DNA of 64,000 nt from the NCBI RefSeq assembly GCF_006345805.1, contig NC_042997.1:56544001-56608000 (forward strand), given 5' to 3'. Each line of letters starts with the position of its first letter. Position 1 is the stretch's first letter. The notes beneath the pieces are model-generated. The model worked only from the letters and a program-made list of their open reading frames with translations, ran no database searches and was not told the origin of the DNA. This stretch comes from Octopus sinensis (lineage: Eukaryota). Positions 1-12,203 of the stretch are shown here, piece after piece. A program made the translations under genes and the position numbers.

Positions 1-820
1 GTCATTGCCTCTGTCAGGCCCAATGTTTGAAGGTCATGTTTCACCACCTCATCCCATGTCTTCTTGGGTCTACCTCTACCACATGTTCCACAATTAGGGA
101 GTGACACTTCCTCACACTACTGTCCTCATCCATACACAATACATGACCATACCAGCGCAGTCATCTCTCTTGCACACTATACTTGATGCTTCTTATGCCC
201 AACTTTCCTCTCAGGGCGCTTACACTCTGTCTTGTATGCACACTGACATTACACATCCAGTGGATCATACTAGCTTCATTTCTTTTAAGCCTACACATGT
301 CCTCAGCAGTCATGTCCAATGCTTCGTTGCCGTGTAGTATAGCAGTTCACACACATGCATCATACAGTTTACCTTTCATCCTGAGCGAGAGGCCCTTTGT
401 TGTTGCCAACAGTGGTAGGAGCTCCCTGAACTTTGCCCAGGCTATTCTCATTGTAGCCGCTACACTCTCAGAACAACCACCCTCACTACAGACTTGGTCG
501 CCTAGGTAGTGGAAGCTATTAGCTACTTCTAGTTTCTCCACCTGGCATGTGATGGAATCTATTTTCTGTACATCTTCAGTGTTTATTGCCCCTGTGCATC
601 TGCCACACACAAAAAACTATTTTCCCGGTTAACCTTACTTTGATATTGCTGCACCTTTTATGTATCCATAGCTTGCACCGGGCACATCGTATAGAGTTTC
701 TACCCACGCCTTTTCTACAGATCGAGTAGGACCATCTACCTGAAGGGGATTGTGATTTGACAGCCTTCCTACTAAGACTTTAGTTTTCGCTAGATTAACC
801 CTAAGGCCCTTCGATTCTAG
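1..820 (-). mobile_element. RTE-clade LINE fragment (3' part of ORF2), decayed
   Basis: Minus-strand translation gives KGLRVNLAKTKV, FHYLGDQV, RIAWAKFRELLPLL and KGKLYDACV. It is homologous to the other RTE copies in the window. Confidence 0.9.
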
Positions 821-854
821 AAGAAGCACACTCTAAAACATACAGCAGTAATGT

Positions 855-1580
855 ATTTACATGCAGTTAAATATATGACCGGTCATAGAGTGACTAATTG
901 GTTTCGTATTCATAAAGGGCTTAGTCCCATGGATGAAATGCAGTTTAGTTTATGTCTGGTCATAGAGTGACCAATGGTTTTGCATCTATAAAAGGCTTAG
1001 CCCCATGGACGACCCGTCAGACTTTATAGCCGAAGGTATATAGTTTTTCAACTCTGGGAGGTTCAAAAAAAGTTGAAGAATGATATGTCTTTGGCTTTAG
1101 AGTCTGATGAGTCATCCATGGGGCTAAGCTCTTTATGGATGTGAAACCATTGGTCACTCTATGACCAGACATATACTTAACTGCATTTCATCCATGGGGC
1201 TAAGCTCTTTATGGATGTGAAACCATTGGTCACTCTATGACCTGACATATACTTAACTGCATTTCATCCATGGGGCTAGGCCCTTCATGGATGCGAAACC
1301 ATTGGTCACTCTGTAAGAATTAGCACTTCCTTCTCTAAGCCTAGATTCGAAACCGAATCCAAGAATCCTCGGTCGCCATTTTTAATCATAAATCGGTTTA
1401 TGTATTTGTTTACATACACACTTAACCACTACAACTCTATTACCAGACATATACTTAAGTGCATTATACATACATACACATATATATATATGTGTGGTTT
1501 CACATCTATAAAGGGCTTAGCCCCATGGATGGCTCATCAGACTCTAAAGCCAAAGGCATATCATTCTTCAATTCTTTTTA
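855..1580. repeat. Cluster of ~76-bp direct and inverted units carrying hammerhead-like motifs (Penelope-LTR or retrozyme-like)
   Basis: The unit catccatggggctaagctctttatggatgtgaaaccattggtcactctatgaccagacatatacttaactgcattt occurs ~3x on + (1113-1315), ~2x inverted (860-1030), and as a partial inverted copy (1495-1580). Confidence 0.85.
1098..1161 (+). ncRNA. Type I hammerhead ribozyme motif
   Basis: TAGAGT-CTGATGA-stem II (catccat/atggatg)-GAAA-CCATTGG-TC-ACTCTA. Stem I is 6 bp and perfect, stem III is short, and the GUC cleavage triplet ends at 1155. Confidence 0.75.
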
Positions 1581-1599
1581 TAGTTTAGACTCTTTTTAT

Positions 1600-2136
1600 A
1601 GATTAGACAGACAGACAGATAGATAGGTGTGTATGTGTTTGTGTTTGCCTCCCACCACCACTTGACAATCAGTGTTGGCGTATTCACATACCCGTAACTT
1701 AGCAGTTTGGCAAAATAGGCGGCGAAGTTTCGTATGTCGTAGATATCAGATTTCCGTCGATTTCCGTAAAAAATTTTTATTTTTTTTACACATAAGTAAT
1801 GAGAGCGAAAGAGACTAAGAGGAAGCGATTTTACGACGAGAAGGTTTCACTTTGAAGTCGCCTGTGTGCGTTTGATGGGGTGTGGGAGACAGACAGTAAT
1901 GTTGTGTAAGTGAAGTGCTTCTGTTAGTGTGTGCGAAGAGACAGAGAGAGTAATGTGTGAAGAGAGAATAACTGATTTTTTACTCGGTGTATGTGTATAT
2001 GTATGTATGCATGTATGTGTGTGTGTGTGTGTAGTTATCTATGTATGTGTGTGTGTAAGTATGTTACATAAACAGGCGCCGCAAGGTAATCTTTCGTTTT
2101 AATTCGAATAATGTAAACACTGAATCGGCCCTACAT

Positions 2137-2168
<32 letters not shown>

Positions 2169-2722
2169 GTACTTACACACACACCATACATGCAGACATA
2201 CATATTCACATACACCGAGTAAAAAATTACGATGAATCGGCCATACATACATACATACATACATAACACACACACATACATAGATACATACACACACACA
2301 CACATACATGCATACATACATATACACATACACTGAGTAAAAAAATCAGTTATCTCTCTCTTTCACACACATTACTCTCTCTGTCTCTTCGCACACACTA
2401 ACAGAAGCACTTCACTTACACAACTACTGTCTGTCTCCCACACCCCATCAAACGCACACAGGCCGACTTCAAAGTGAAACCTTCTCGTCGTAAAATCGCT
2501 TCCTCTTAGTCTCTTTCGCTCTCATTACTTATGTAAAAAAATAATAGTTTTTTACGGAAATCGACGGAAATCTGTGCTACTACAACCGAAACTATGCCAA
2601 ATAGGCAATAGAATAATTACTAGGTTTTAAAAAATAAGTACTGGGGTTGATTTGTTTGACTAAGTTCTTCTAGGCAGTGCCCCAGCATAGCAACAGTCGA
2701 ATGACTGAAAAAAGTAAAAGAT
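1600..2722 (+). mobile_element. tRNA-derived SINE (3' part), interrupted by a MITE
   Basis: Same family as 13905-14282 and 19110-19517. The sequence resumes colinearly after the 1721-2598 insert. Confidence 0.8.
1721..2598. mobile_element. Merlin-like non-autonomous DNA transposon (long-TIR MITE)
   Basis: 8-bp TSD AAATAGGC at 1713-1720 and 2599-2606. Termini are GGCGAAGTTTCG / CCGAAACTATGCC, with ~280-bp near-perfect inverted arms. GG termini with an 8-bp TSD fit Merlin. Confidence 0.75.
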
Positions 2723-2749
2723 AATATATACATATATATTATCTAGAAG

Positions 2750-3020
2750 AATTTTAGTCGAACGAATTGACCCAAGTACTTATTTTTTAAAACCTAGTAA
2801 TTATTCTATCGCCTATTTTGCCAAACTTCTAAGTTACAGAGATGTAGATACACCAATACTGGTTGTCAAGCAGTGGTAGGAGACAAACACGGACACACAC
2901 CTATCTGTCTGTCTAATCTATTTCTTTCAGTTTCCATCCACTAAATCCACTCACAAAACTTTGATGGGCATGAGGCTATAGTAGAAGACACCCAAGTTGT
3001 CACGAGTGTGGCTGAACCAG
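2750..3020 (-). mobile_element. tRNA-derived SINE, tail-to-tail with the 1600-2722 copy
   Basis: Reverse complement of the preceding SINE body, with tttctttcagtttcc...gaggctatagtagaagacac family motifs. Confidence 0.8.
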
Positions 3021-3069
3021 GAAGCATGTATATATAGTTGATTGGAAAACATTGTAATAAAAAAAACAA

Positions 3070-4585
3070 AAAACAAGTGTAATAGGTGTAAAAAAATGTG
3101 TAGTAAACAAATCTGAAAACCAAAATTTGTGCAAACGAACTGGGGGTAGGGAGAGGATTTTGAGAAAATTCACACGATCCGATGTTTTCTCTCATAACTT
3201 TCAGGAAAATGAAAGTTTATACTAATACTTTTCAAACGGCATAGATTACAATTACAAAGAAATTTGTGAGGAATTTTTTTTTCAAAGGATGTGGAGAGAG
3301 GAGTTTCGGACCAAGAAGACCACATAAGTTGGAATTTCTCCATTTTAAAGAGGATTTTTTCAGTTGTTTTTCCGAGGGATATGGAGAGAGGAGTTTTGGA
3401 AAAATGGAGTTTTGGACCAAGAAGACCACATGAGTTGGAATTTCTCCATTTTGAAGGGGATTTTTCCAGTTGTTTTTCACCATTGCCTTCAAAATGATGT
3501 GGAGCATCTTTTTATGAAAAAGCAGTTTGGAAAATTTATGATTTTTTTTTACTCCCCTCTCTCCTTAATGATGGCACCAATGGACCACATGCGCTCTCCA
3601 TTGGTAGGATATAAGCATCAATAACAAAATGGTAATTAAAATTTTTACCCCCACCTTAATTAAGTGAGGCAGTGTGTATGTGTAAGGAAAAAACATTTTC
3701 TAACAGAAAAGTATGCTATTAAAATGAATTATCATTTACATACCTATCTTTTAAAAATCACTGCAGATAAACGCCAGAAATGACCTCAGGCTCTCCAGTA
3801 TTTTAAATTATAAATAGAAACAATCAAGGGCAGGAGTGGGATTGAAAAAAAATTATAAATTTTCAAATTTTTTTATAGCATAAATGTGTTTATGGGGAGA
3901 ACAATATTCTTTTCTATTATAGGCACAAGGCCTGAAATTTTTGGAGAGGAGACCAGTCAATTAGATCGACAACAGTACACAACTGGTACTTAATTTATTG
4001 ACCCCGAAAGGATGAAAAGCAAAGTCAACCTCGGCGGAATTTGAATTCAGATGGGAAGAACAATATTGAAAAAACATCAATACCTGCGACAGCGAGAAAG
4101 AAATGAGGAGGGTTGTTTTTGAGATGTTCTAGAAACGACAGTCAAATCTCCCTTAAATCACACTTTTTCTGAAAATATTTACAATTTTTTTTTTTTTTTT
4201 TACAGAAAAGGCTCCTCCGAAAATTTTCAAGAGCAAAAAATTGACCAAAAACGGTCTGGAGAGGAGATAAGGTGGGGAGTAAAAAAAGGAACTTATGTGG
4301 TCTTCCTGATTCGAAACTCCGTTTTTTTCGAGACTTCTCTCCCCACCCCCCGGAAAAATTTTCCTCACAAATTTCTTTATAATCGTAATCTATGCCATTT
4401 GAAAGGTATTTGCATAAACCATCATTAAAAGATAACCATTTTCCTGAAAGTTATGAGGGAAAAAATCGGATCGTGGGAATTTTCCAAAAATCCTCTCCCC
4501 ATCCTCCACTCCCGTTCGTTTGCGCAAATTTTGATTTTCAGATTTTCGTTTATTACACTTTTTTGCATCTTTACACTTTTTTGGG
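3070..4585. mobile_element. Old long-TIR non-autonomous DNA element (unclassified), with an internal SINE fragment at ~3905-4052
   Basis: About 3070-3335 is a diverged inverted repeat of ~4285-4585 (e.g. tcataactttcaggaaaatg / cattttcctgaaagttatga). There is an internal direct repeat at 3290-3480. Confidence 0.65.
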
Positions 4586-5379
4586 GCCGGATGTTAAACT
4601 AGATATTAACCAAAACATTCAGTATGACACAGTCTGAAACCTAAAATTTCAGCTCTATGCGGTTACTCGAATTGCTAGAAATAACAGCTGCAACTTCAAA
4701 TCATACCCTACTGTCTCTTAAAGAAAGGATCATTGTATTAATCTAACCCTGGGAGCACCATGTCTTGGGTAGGGAGGATGGAAAGGTACAGCTAAAATAT
4801 CTTCTACCATCGATCTGCTGAATCACAAGTGATCCAAGACAAACATCAGTAAAAATAAAGAGGAGAGATGTACCACAGCTACAAAAGCAGTTTTTCTCAC
4901 AGAATACACCTCTGTGAGAATTAACTCACACAGATTCAAGCAAAGAATTCCCCTAAGACATATATAAATGACAAAGGAATACTTTATTGTAAGCCAACCA
5001 AACATATAGGAAAGCAGTCTATTTAGAAACAAACAGAAGGCTAAGAAGACATTTTAGAGAATTATACTCCAAAAGGATAGACAAAGAGCAAACATATTTC
5101 TTTCATTTAACATCGTTACCATTCTATAATTTCTCATGAGAAAATGGGTTGAATTTTAAGAAGGTACTGAATAAACACACACACACACACACACCACACA
5201 CTTTTCATTTCACCTCTGAAACTAGTGGGACGAAGGGTCCACTTTTTATACTTGAAAATCTAATATATTTTAACCTTTTATCTTTTTACTTAACACTCGA
5301 GTATAATACTACCCAACTCCTACCCAATTTTAATCCTGATGTTTTGAATAAAATTTCTCACATGCACAAATAAGTTCAT

Positions 5380-5382
5380 TAC

Positions 5383-5430
<48 letters not shown>

Positions 5431-5781
5431 GTTTGTATGTATGTATGTATATATATATATACTATATACTATATTATATAATATATTATCGAAATGTACA
5501 GTATCATATCCATCACGTCTGTCTTATACCAATCGGTTTCGCGCTAGGGATACACCGGAGTGTAGGTAACAATCCGATTATATATATAAAAAAATATATA
5601 CACACACACACACAAGAATGAGCATGCACATACATACATACATACATACATACATACATACATACATACATACATACATACATACATACATACATGCATG
5701 CATGCATGCATTCATACATATATACACACATACATGCATGCATGCATGCATACATACACACACACACATACATACATACAT

Positions 5782-5812
<31 letters not shown>

Positions 5813-5862
5813 TACATACATACATACATACATACATACATACATACATACATACATTCATA
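5380..5862. repeat. Compound CA/TA/CATA microsatellite
   Basis: Seen directly in the sequence. Confidence 0.95.
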
Positions 5863-6497
5863 CAATTCACCTGTTGAGTGATATAGGGATTATTGTTTCA
5901 ATAGTTTTATGCATTTTTAAGTTGATATTTATTTTTATAGCGATTAATATAAACCTATTAAATCAATCGCTCGATCAAATTAAATTAATCGTTTGATATA
6001 CCACAGTATCAATCGCTCGTGGGGAGATGCATAAAAAAGTTAGCACATTGTTGTTAAGCATCGACGATGCGAATGGAATTATAAAAGAGGTCCGTGTGTA
6101 GTAAAATAATTACTATAGCAATCAATTAATCGATGTATCACAGAACCAACTTCCAATAATCGTCGACGTGTCTTTCATAAATAGCAAGTAGCCTAAAAGC
6201 AATCGATGACTTAACTTCAGATTTAATTAACATAGCAATTGATTGATTCTTGGATAAATGCTCTCGATTGTTAAACATACAATTAATTAAAAGGATGGAG
6301 GTTGTTGCTTTTTCTTATTTAACAAAGGAAAAAAACCATTAGCCCTCATACCTTTCTCCTTTGTCCCCAGGGAGAAAAAGAAAACTGGCCCCTTAATCAC
6401 GACCAAATAAATAATTAAAAACTATATAATCAACGAACTAACACACACACAAAAAAGAAGTTAACTTAAAAATGCATAGAATTAAGAAATACTTTAC

Positions 6498-6556
6498 CTG
6501 AGCTGCGGGTGGAAAGTAAAACCAGGTGTATCGCTCAGAGCGACTGACTATATTAT
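6498..6556 (-). other. Probable non-coding first exon of a gene continuing leftwards out of the window
   Basis: Splice donor CAG|GTAAAG at 6498/6497, TCAGT Inr-like motifs at 6547-6543 and 6569-6565, in unique CpG-containing sequence just downstream of a TATA box. The TSS position is approximate. Confidence 0.5.
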
Positions 6557-6690
6557 GCGTGTGAACTGAAGCGGGGCAGTTATATATACCTCGTAACATT
6601 TACGAAAATCGAATATCGTCACGTCATACTTCTTGGAAATTAGGATTTAGTAGAGAGTTAAACAAAATATTTATTTTCTATTGGTTTATT
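6557..6690 (-). promoter_or_regulatory. Putative Pol II promoter (TATA, CRE/bZIP-like and CCAAT motifs)
   Basis: On the minus strand: TATATAA at 6586-6580, TGACGTGA at ~6626-6619, CCAAT at ~6684-6680. The order and orientation are canonical. Confidence 0.5.
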
Positions 6691-6909
6691 TTTAGTATAT
6701 CTTACTATTGTTATTTATGTTTTGGGGTTTCTATATTTTCCTTTAAATTTTTCATGTGACAATATCACTCAATATCACTCACCCGCCAAACTTTACCTGT
6801 CTGTCACTTTGTGTGTGTACGCGTTTATGTATATGGTGGAGGGGAAGGCCCGGCAATTTTTATCCTGGATTCATCCCTGTGAACACACACTCACATACAT
6901 ACATACATG

Positions 6910-7456
6910 GTGGCTGCCCCCTCGTTATCGAGTATGGCCATTGCACGAAGCTTAATCAATGTTGTTATGGTGCAATGCCTGTGCAAGAAGATATTTTTTT
7001 AAGTGAGGAAAGGTTGTGCACTGAGTCAATCCCACTCACTAAGCAACAGCAGCCATAATCCGAAAAGAAGAACAAGTCAACATCATCGGTAACCACTGAG
7101 CCGCAGGTTTTATGTCAGGGTTATCCCAGTTACCTGAGTTACCTTCTCCTAGAAGGATGCCCTAATAAAGGCTAGGAGTCCTTCACTCCCAATTGTTTAA
7201 CTGCGCGATCAGGTATTCAATCTGATTATTTCTATGTCCCCGCGCATGATACAGCTTTAAGACATTTATTGGATGGCCGTTGACTCTCAAGAGTTCCTCC
7301 ACCCTTTGACAGGTTTTGTTTTTCATCCTGCAGGGTGACCAATAAACACCCTCCTCACCAAGCAATCTTGGTGGGGTTGCCGGTTTAGTTGCCGACAACC
7401 CAACCATGCAACAGGTAGTACTGGGTTACATGTTACCAGTAGCACTCGAAAGTGAC
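6910..7456. mobile_element. Unclassified interspersed element inserted in a (CATA)n tract
   Basis: GC-richer non-coding block flanked on both sides by CATA repeats. The family was not identified. Confidence 0.35.
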
Positions 7457-8404
7457 ACATACATACATACATACATACATACATACTATCATCCTCATCC
7501 TTTTAACGTCTATTTTCTACACTGGCATGGTTTGGAAGATTCAACTAGATCCAATAAGTTGGAGGACTGTGTTGCGGTATCGTTTCCACAGTCTGTATCC
7601 TTCCTAAGGCTAGCCACTTTAACAAATGTACTGGGCGCATTTTTCATGGCTCCACCACTAGAAAGGTTGCTGTGTAGCTAGCAAAAGTAAAGCGCCACCT
7701 TGACTAAGTGGGAGTACAATAGAGCGGAAGGCAGCTTCATGTTAGGTGTTGAGAGGTTAAAGTATAGAGAGGGAAAGGTTCAGATTTGTTACAATAAAAG
7801 ATATATGGCTACCAGATATTATATAAGGGAGAATGGAAGTTACTGGGATGGAGCTGGAAAGAGAGCTAAAGGTGGTGGTGATATGTCAGAGCATACCCCT
7901 AAGGTACAAGGTGAATAGAAGGGAGTGAGAGAACCAAAGTTCAGTTAGTGCTGCTGGGAGAGTAAAGGTTGTAAGAATGTGTTTGAAGGAAAGAGGAGAA
8001 TAAAAGATGGTTAGAGATAGGGTAGAAAGGAATATAATAAATGGTAAACATAAATGAAGGAATAGTTAATGATAAATATGAATTGGGAGAAGGTGTTAAT
8101 AGTGACAGATGAATGTCAATAGAAATTGCTCAGGGGAGAGGAGGACATGACTGGCAGTACAGAAAGGGTGCAATAGATAGAATAAGGATGAGAGATAGAG
8201 AGTTGATGGGTTATGGTAGAGGCAAAAGCTGCAAGAGTTGTGGAAGAAATGTGAGAAATGCATAATGATAGGGATGGGGTGGTAAAAGGTAGATATGAAA
8301 TGATGTTAAAAATGGGTGCCAGTAGGAAGTTGCTCAAGGGGAAGGGAAAGATAACTGGTAGCATAGAAAGGCTGATTAATGGAAAATATAAGTGGGAGGG
8401 GAAA

Positions 8405-8479
<75 letters not shown>

Positions 8480-8744
8480 GATATATATATATATATATAA
8501 ATATTATATATATATATATATATATAATAGTCAACTACTTGCAACTAAGGTTGCAAAACACAATGAAAATTTTAGGAAAAAAATAAATAAGTAAATGAGT
8601 GGAAACTTTACTGGTGAGTGTATTAAATAATAAGGCACTAAAAGAGAATGTCTCTCCCCAGACACAACAAAATATGCTTCAACACAGGAACTCACATAAA
8701 GAATCATGCAAACCAAATCCCAAAACGAAATATATATATATTAG

Positions 8745-8932
8745 TTGGAATTTACAAAAAAAAAAAAAAAAAACAAAAGACGAAGACAGGTATGTAAACA
8801 ACAAACAGTTTAATGCTCAGGAAGTGAGAAAGTCTTTTACATTTCAAGCCTATGCTCTTCAACAGAAAGAAACACAGAAATAAGCAGACAGAGAACATAA
8901 AATGGTTTAGTAGCTAGCAATCAATCATGGCG
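8745..8932 (-). mobile_element. Short Penelope-LTR-like repeat, decayed (second copy at ~24615-24795, + strand)
   Basis: Two homologous copies in the window. Each has a degenerate CTGTTGA-AGAGC..GCTY-(G)AAA hammerhead-like core. Confidence 0.5.
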
Positions 8933-8970
8933 ATATACATACATACAACATATATATATATATATGTATA

Positions 8971-9003
<33 letters not shown>

Positions 9004-9204
9004 AATATTATAAATGGATAAATGAATTATCTTGTTACGGATTATTCAAATTTTGTAGAATCTTCGTTCAGCTCCATTTCTTCCTCACTAAATATATATA
9101 TATATATTAATATATATATATATATATATATAAATAATAAATATTAGGGAATAAATCCAATTCAGGGAAAAAATCAGATTTAGGATTAAATCGATTTTAT
9201 AGTA

Positions 9205-9390
9205 AAATATTATAAAAATTATTCGAGACAAAACCACTATTTTGCAAACAAACAGGAAGACTTAATCAATACATAAATTTTAATAAATAGACTTTTTTTT
9301 GACTATTTATTAAAATTTATGTATTGATTAAGTCTTTCCTTGTTTTGTTTTGCAAAATAGTGGTTTTGTCTCGAACATATTTTATAATAT
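9205..9390. repeat. Long imperfect palindrome (~85-bp arms)
   Basis: ttcgagacaaaaccactattttgcaaa...taataaatag pairs with ctatttatta...ttttgcaaaatagtggttttgtctcgaa across a ~12-nt spacer. Confidence 0.85.
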
Positions 9391-9413
9391 ATATATATAT
9401 ATATATATATACA

Positions 9414-10550
9414 TGTGGTGACAAAGGGCCTCTCGCTCAGAGTAAAAGGTAGACTGTATGATGCATGTGTACGAACAGCCATGCTACATGGCAGTGAAAC
9501 ATGGGCCGTGACTGGTGAGGACATGCGTAAGCTCGCAAGGAATGGAGCCAGCATGCTCTGATGGATGTGTAATGTCAGTGTGCATACTCGACAGAGTGTT
9601 AGTGCCTTGAGAGAAAGGTTGGACCTAAGAAGCATCAGATGTGGTGTGCAAGAGAGATGACTGCACTGGTATGGTCATGTGGCAAGAATGGATGAGGATA
9701 GCTGTGTGAAAAAGTGCCACACCCTAGTGGTTGAGGGAACCTGTGGAAGAGGTAGACCCAGGAAGACCTGGGATGAGGTGGTGAAGCATGACCTTCAAAC
9801 ATTGGGCCTCACCAAGGCAATGACTAGTGACCAGGACCTTTGGAAATATGCTGTGCTTAAGAAGACTCGACAAGCGCAAGTGAGACTATAACCTTCTTGG
9901 CAAGTGCAAGTGAGACCACAACCTTGTGACCTATGCCAGGGGTGTAACCAGTCCACTTAAGCATGCCTTTCCTTTATTGGACTCTAAACTCTGCTTGTAA
10001 AGGCCAGTTGAGGCAAGTGAAATCGAAGTCGAAATCAAACTCAATTGCGAAGACCTGTTGAGGCAAGTGAAATTGAAATTGAAATCAAACTCGGTGGCTG
10101 GCATCCGTTGCTAGTGGAGCGCTAAGAGTACCATACAAGTGAGATAGTTGCCAGAGCAACAAGCTGGCCTTCGTGCCGATGGCACATTAAAAACACCATT
10201 CAAGCATGATCATTACCTGCATTGCCTTACTAGCACTTGTGCTGGTGGCACGTGAAAAAACATTCGAGTGAGGTCGTTGCCAGTGCCGCTGGACTGGCTC
10301 CTGTGCAGGTGGCACATAAAAAGCACCATTTGAGCATGGCCGTTGCCAGTACCACCTAACTGGCCCTCGTGCCAGTGGCATGTAAAAGCACCCACTACAC
10401 TCTTGGAGCGGTTGGTATTAGGAAGGGCATCTAGCTGTAGAAACTCTGCCAGTTCAGATTGGAGTCTGGTTCACCAGACCTCAGTCAAATCGTCCACCAC
10501 ATGCTAGCATGGAAAGTGGACATTAAACGATGATGATGATGACGATGATG
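9414..10550 (+). mobile_element. RTE LINE 3' end with repeated 3' UTR and (GAT)n tail
   Basis: Translation includes GRGRPRKTWDEVVKHDL. The 3' UTR has tandem ~50-bp units and ends in gatgatgat. Confidence 0.9.
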
Positions 10551-10559
10551 ATATATGTT

Positions 10560-10885
10560 AGTGAAGGCGTCAGGCTTACAATCATGAGGTAGTGAATTCA
10601 ATTTTCAGACTGGGCTGTGTGTTGTGTTGTGTTCTTGAACAAAATACTTTATTTCATGTTGCTCCACTTCATTCAGCTGTAGAAATGAGTTGCAACATCA
10701 CTGGTGCCAAGCTGTATCAGCCTTTGCTTTTCCCTAACGTCAGTGATATGGAGAGGCGGGGTTGGTATGCATGGGCAACTGCTGGTCTTCCATAATCAAC
10801 CCTGCTTGGACTTGTGTCTCAGAGGACTTTCTAGGTGCAATCCCATAGTAATTCATGACCGGTGGGGGGAGGGTCTTTGCCCTTC
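10560..10885 (+). mobile_element. SINE (related copies at ~33340-33650 on -, and ~59845-60180 and ~60475-60630 on +)
   Basis: Shared core gtgttcttgagcaa...ttgctcca(gtc)cactcagctg...aaatgagt. Confidence 0.55.
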
Positions 10886-10916
10886 GTATATATATATATA
10901 GATAGATATAGATATA

Positions 10917-11485
10917 CAGGGTGCAGTGAATAAATTAAATTACGCAAAAATGAAAATAACACTGACATCTCATTTTAACAGATATATTTACCAAAATTAC
11001 ATAAAAATATCTTGAAATACTAAAGAGCAAATTGGTTTTAACCATGGCCTCCAGACAACTTCGGAATCTCCTGCAACTCTTCTGGATGATCTCCTTGTTT
11101 AAGCTGGTGAATGCTACGATAATCTTGCCTTCAGTTCATCTTTGGTATTACAAGGTACTTAGTTGGTCTTTCGCTCAACTGCCTCCCACACATAATAATC
11201 AAGGGGGTTGCAGTCCAGGAAGTTAGGTGGCCAGATGTTAGGGGTGATGTGGTCGCAGAAATTGTCTGACAACCATGACTGGGTTCTGCTTGTGACATGG
11301 TGCAGAGTCCTGCTGCTAGACATAAAGTCTCCCTGCCGTCAGCCTCGTCACCTAAGGCAGCACTACCTTCTCTGGGCACTTGATGTAGGCCCCTGTTTTG
11401 AGTCTGAGGCTGTGTGGGAAGATGGTTGGAGGCATAATGTCGCCATCACTAGTGGTCACTCTAAACACCATGATATTGACTGAAT
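10917..11485 (-). mobile_element. Tc1/mariner superfamily (DD37D/maT-like) transposase remnant
   Basis: TA|CAGGG terminus. Minus-strand translation gives QQDSAPCH...WLSDNFCDHITPNIWPPN..DCNPLDYYVWEAVE. Confidence 0.75.
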
Positions 11486-11749
11486 GTTTGATTTTTATCA
11501 CTCTAACTACACGTCTATTTTCTCATATTATTATTATAATAAACATATATATATATATAAACGATGGTTTATATAGTTATCTTGCAGTTGAGTATTAAAT
11601 GTAATGTTCAATATTATTTGTATAGGTAACTAATAACTAACCAGTACTTTCATTGGATTTTGCTATCCCTGAATGAGGTTTGTAACCTTTAATTGTACTT
11701 ATTATTATTATTATTATTATTTTATTATTATTATTATTATATATATCAT

Positions 11750-11806
<57 letters not shown>

Positions 11807-12172
11807 TATATATCTGTATATATATCTGTATATATAGAAGGCAGGATGTGTGTGTGTGAATGTAGTTTATGCACGTCCACAAATTAGCACGCATGTTGCA
11901 CCAATTTTAGAACATTCATCATGACCCTAGCTGTATTTTTGTCAACTTATTTTTACCAGAGGCACCAGTAAATAGCAGTAAAAATAAATTTTCAACCAAT
12001 ACACCTCCATTGCTTCCTATTGTAAACACACTGACCACACACTATATACATTCTTCTATTGACAAAACCTATAGTAGCTGCCACATTTCTTCCCCTCTCT
12101 TTCTTACTTTCTTCATGCACATATATTTTCTTTCTCCCATTGACCAAAATCATTCCCCAACCCTCTCCCTCC

Positions 12173-12203
<31 letters not shown>

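Noticed and set aside
7100-7200. HDV-like ribozyme in the unclassified element
   Set aside because: Hairpins are present, but I could not build the nested double pseudoknot by eye.
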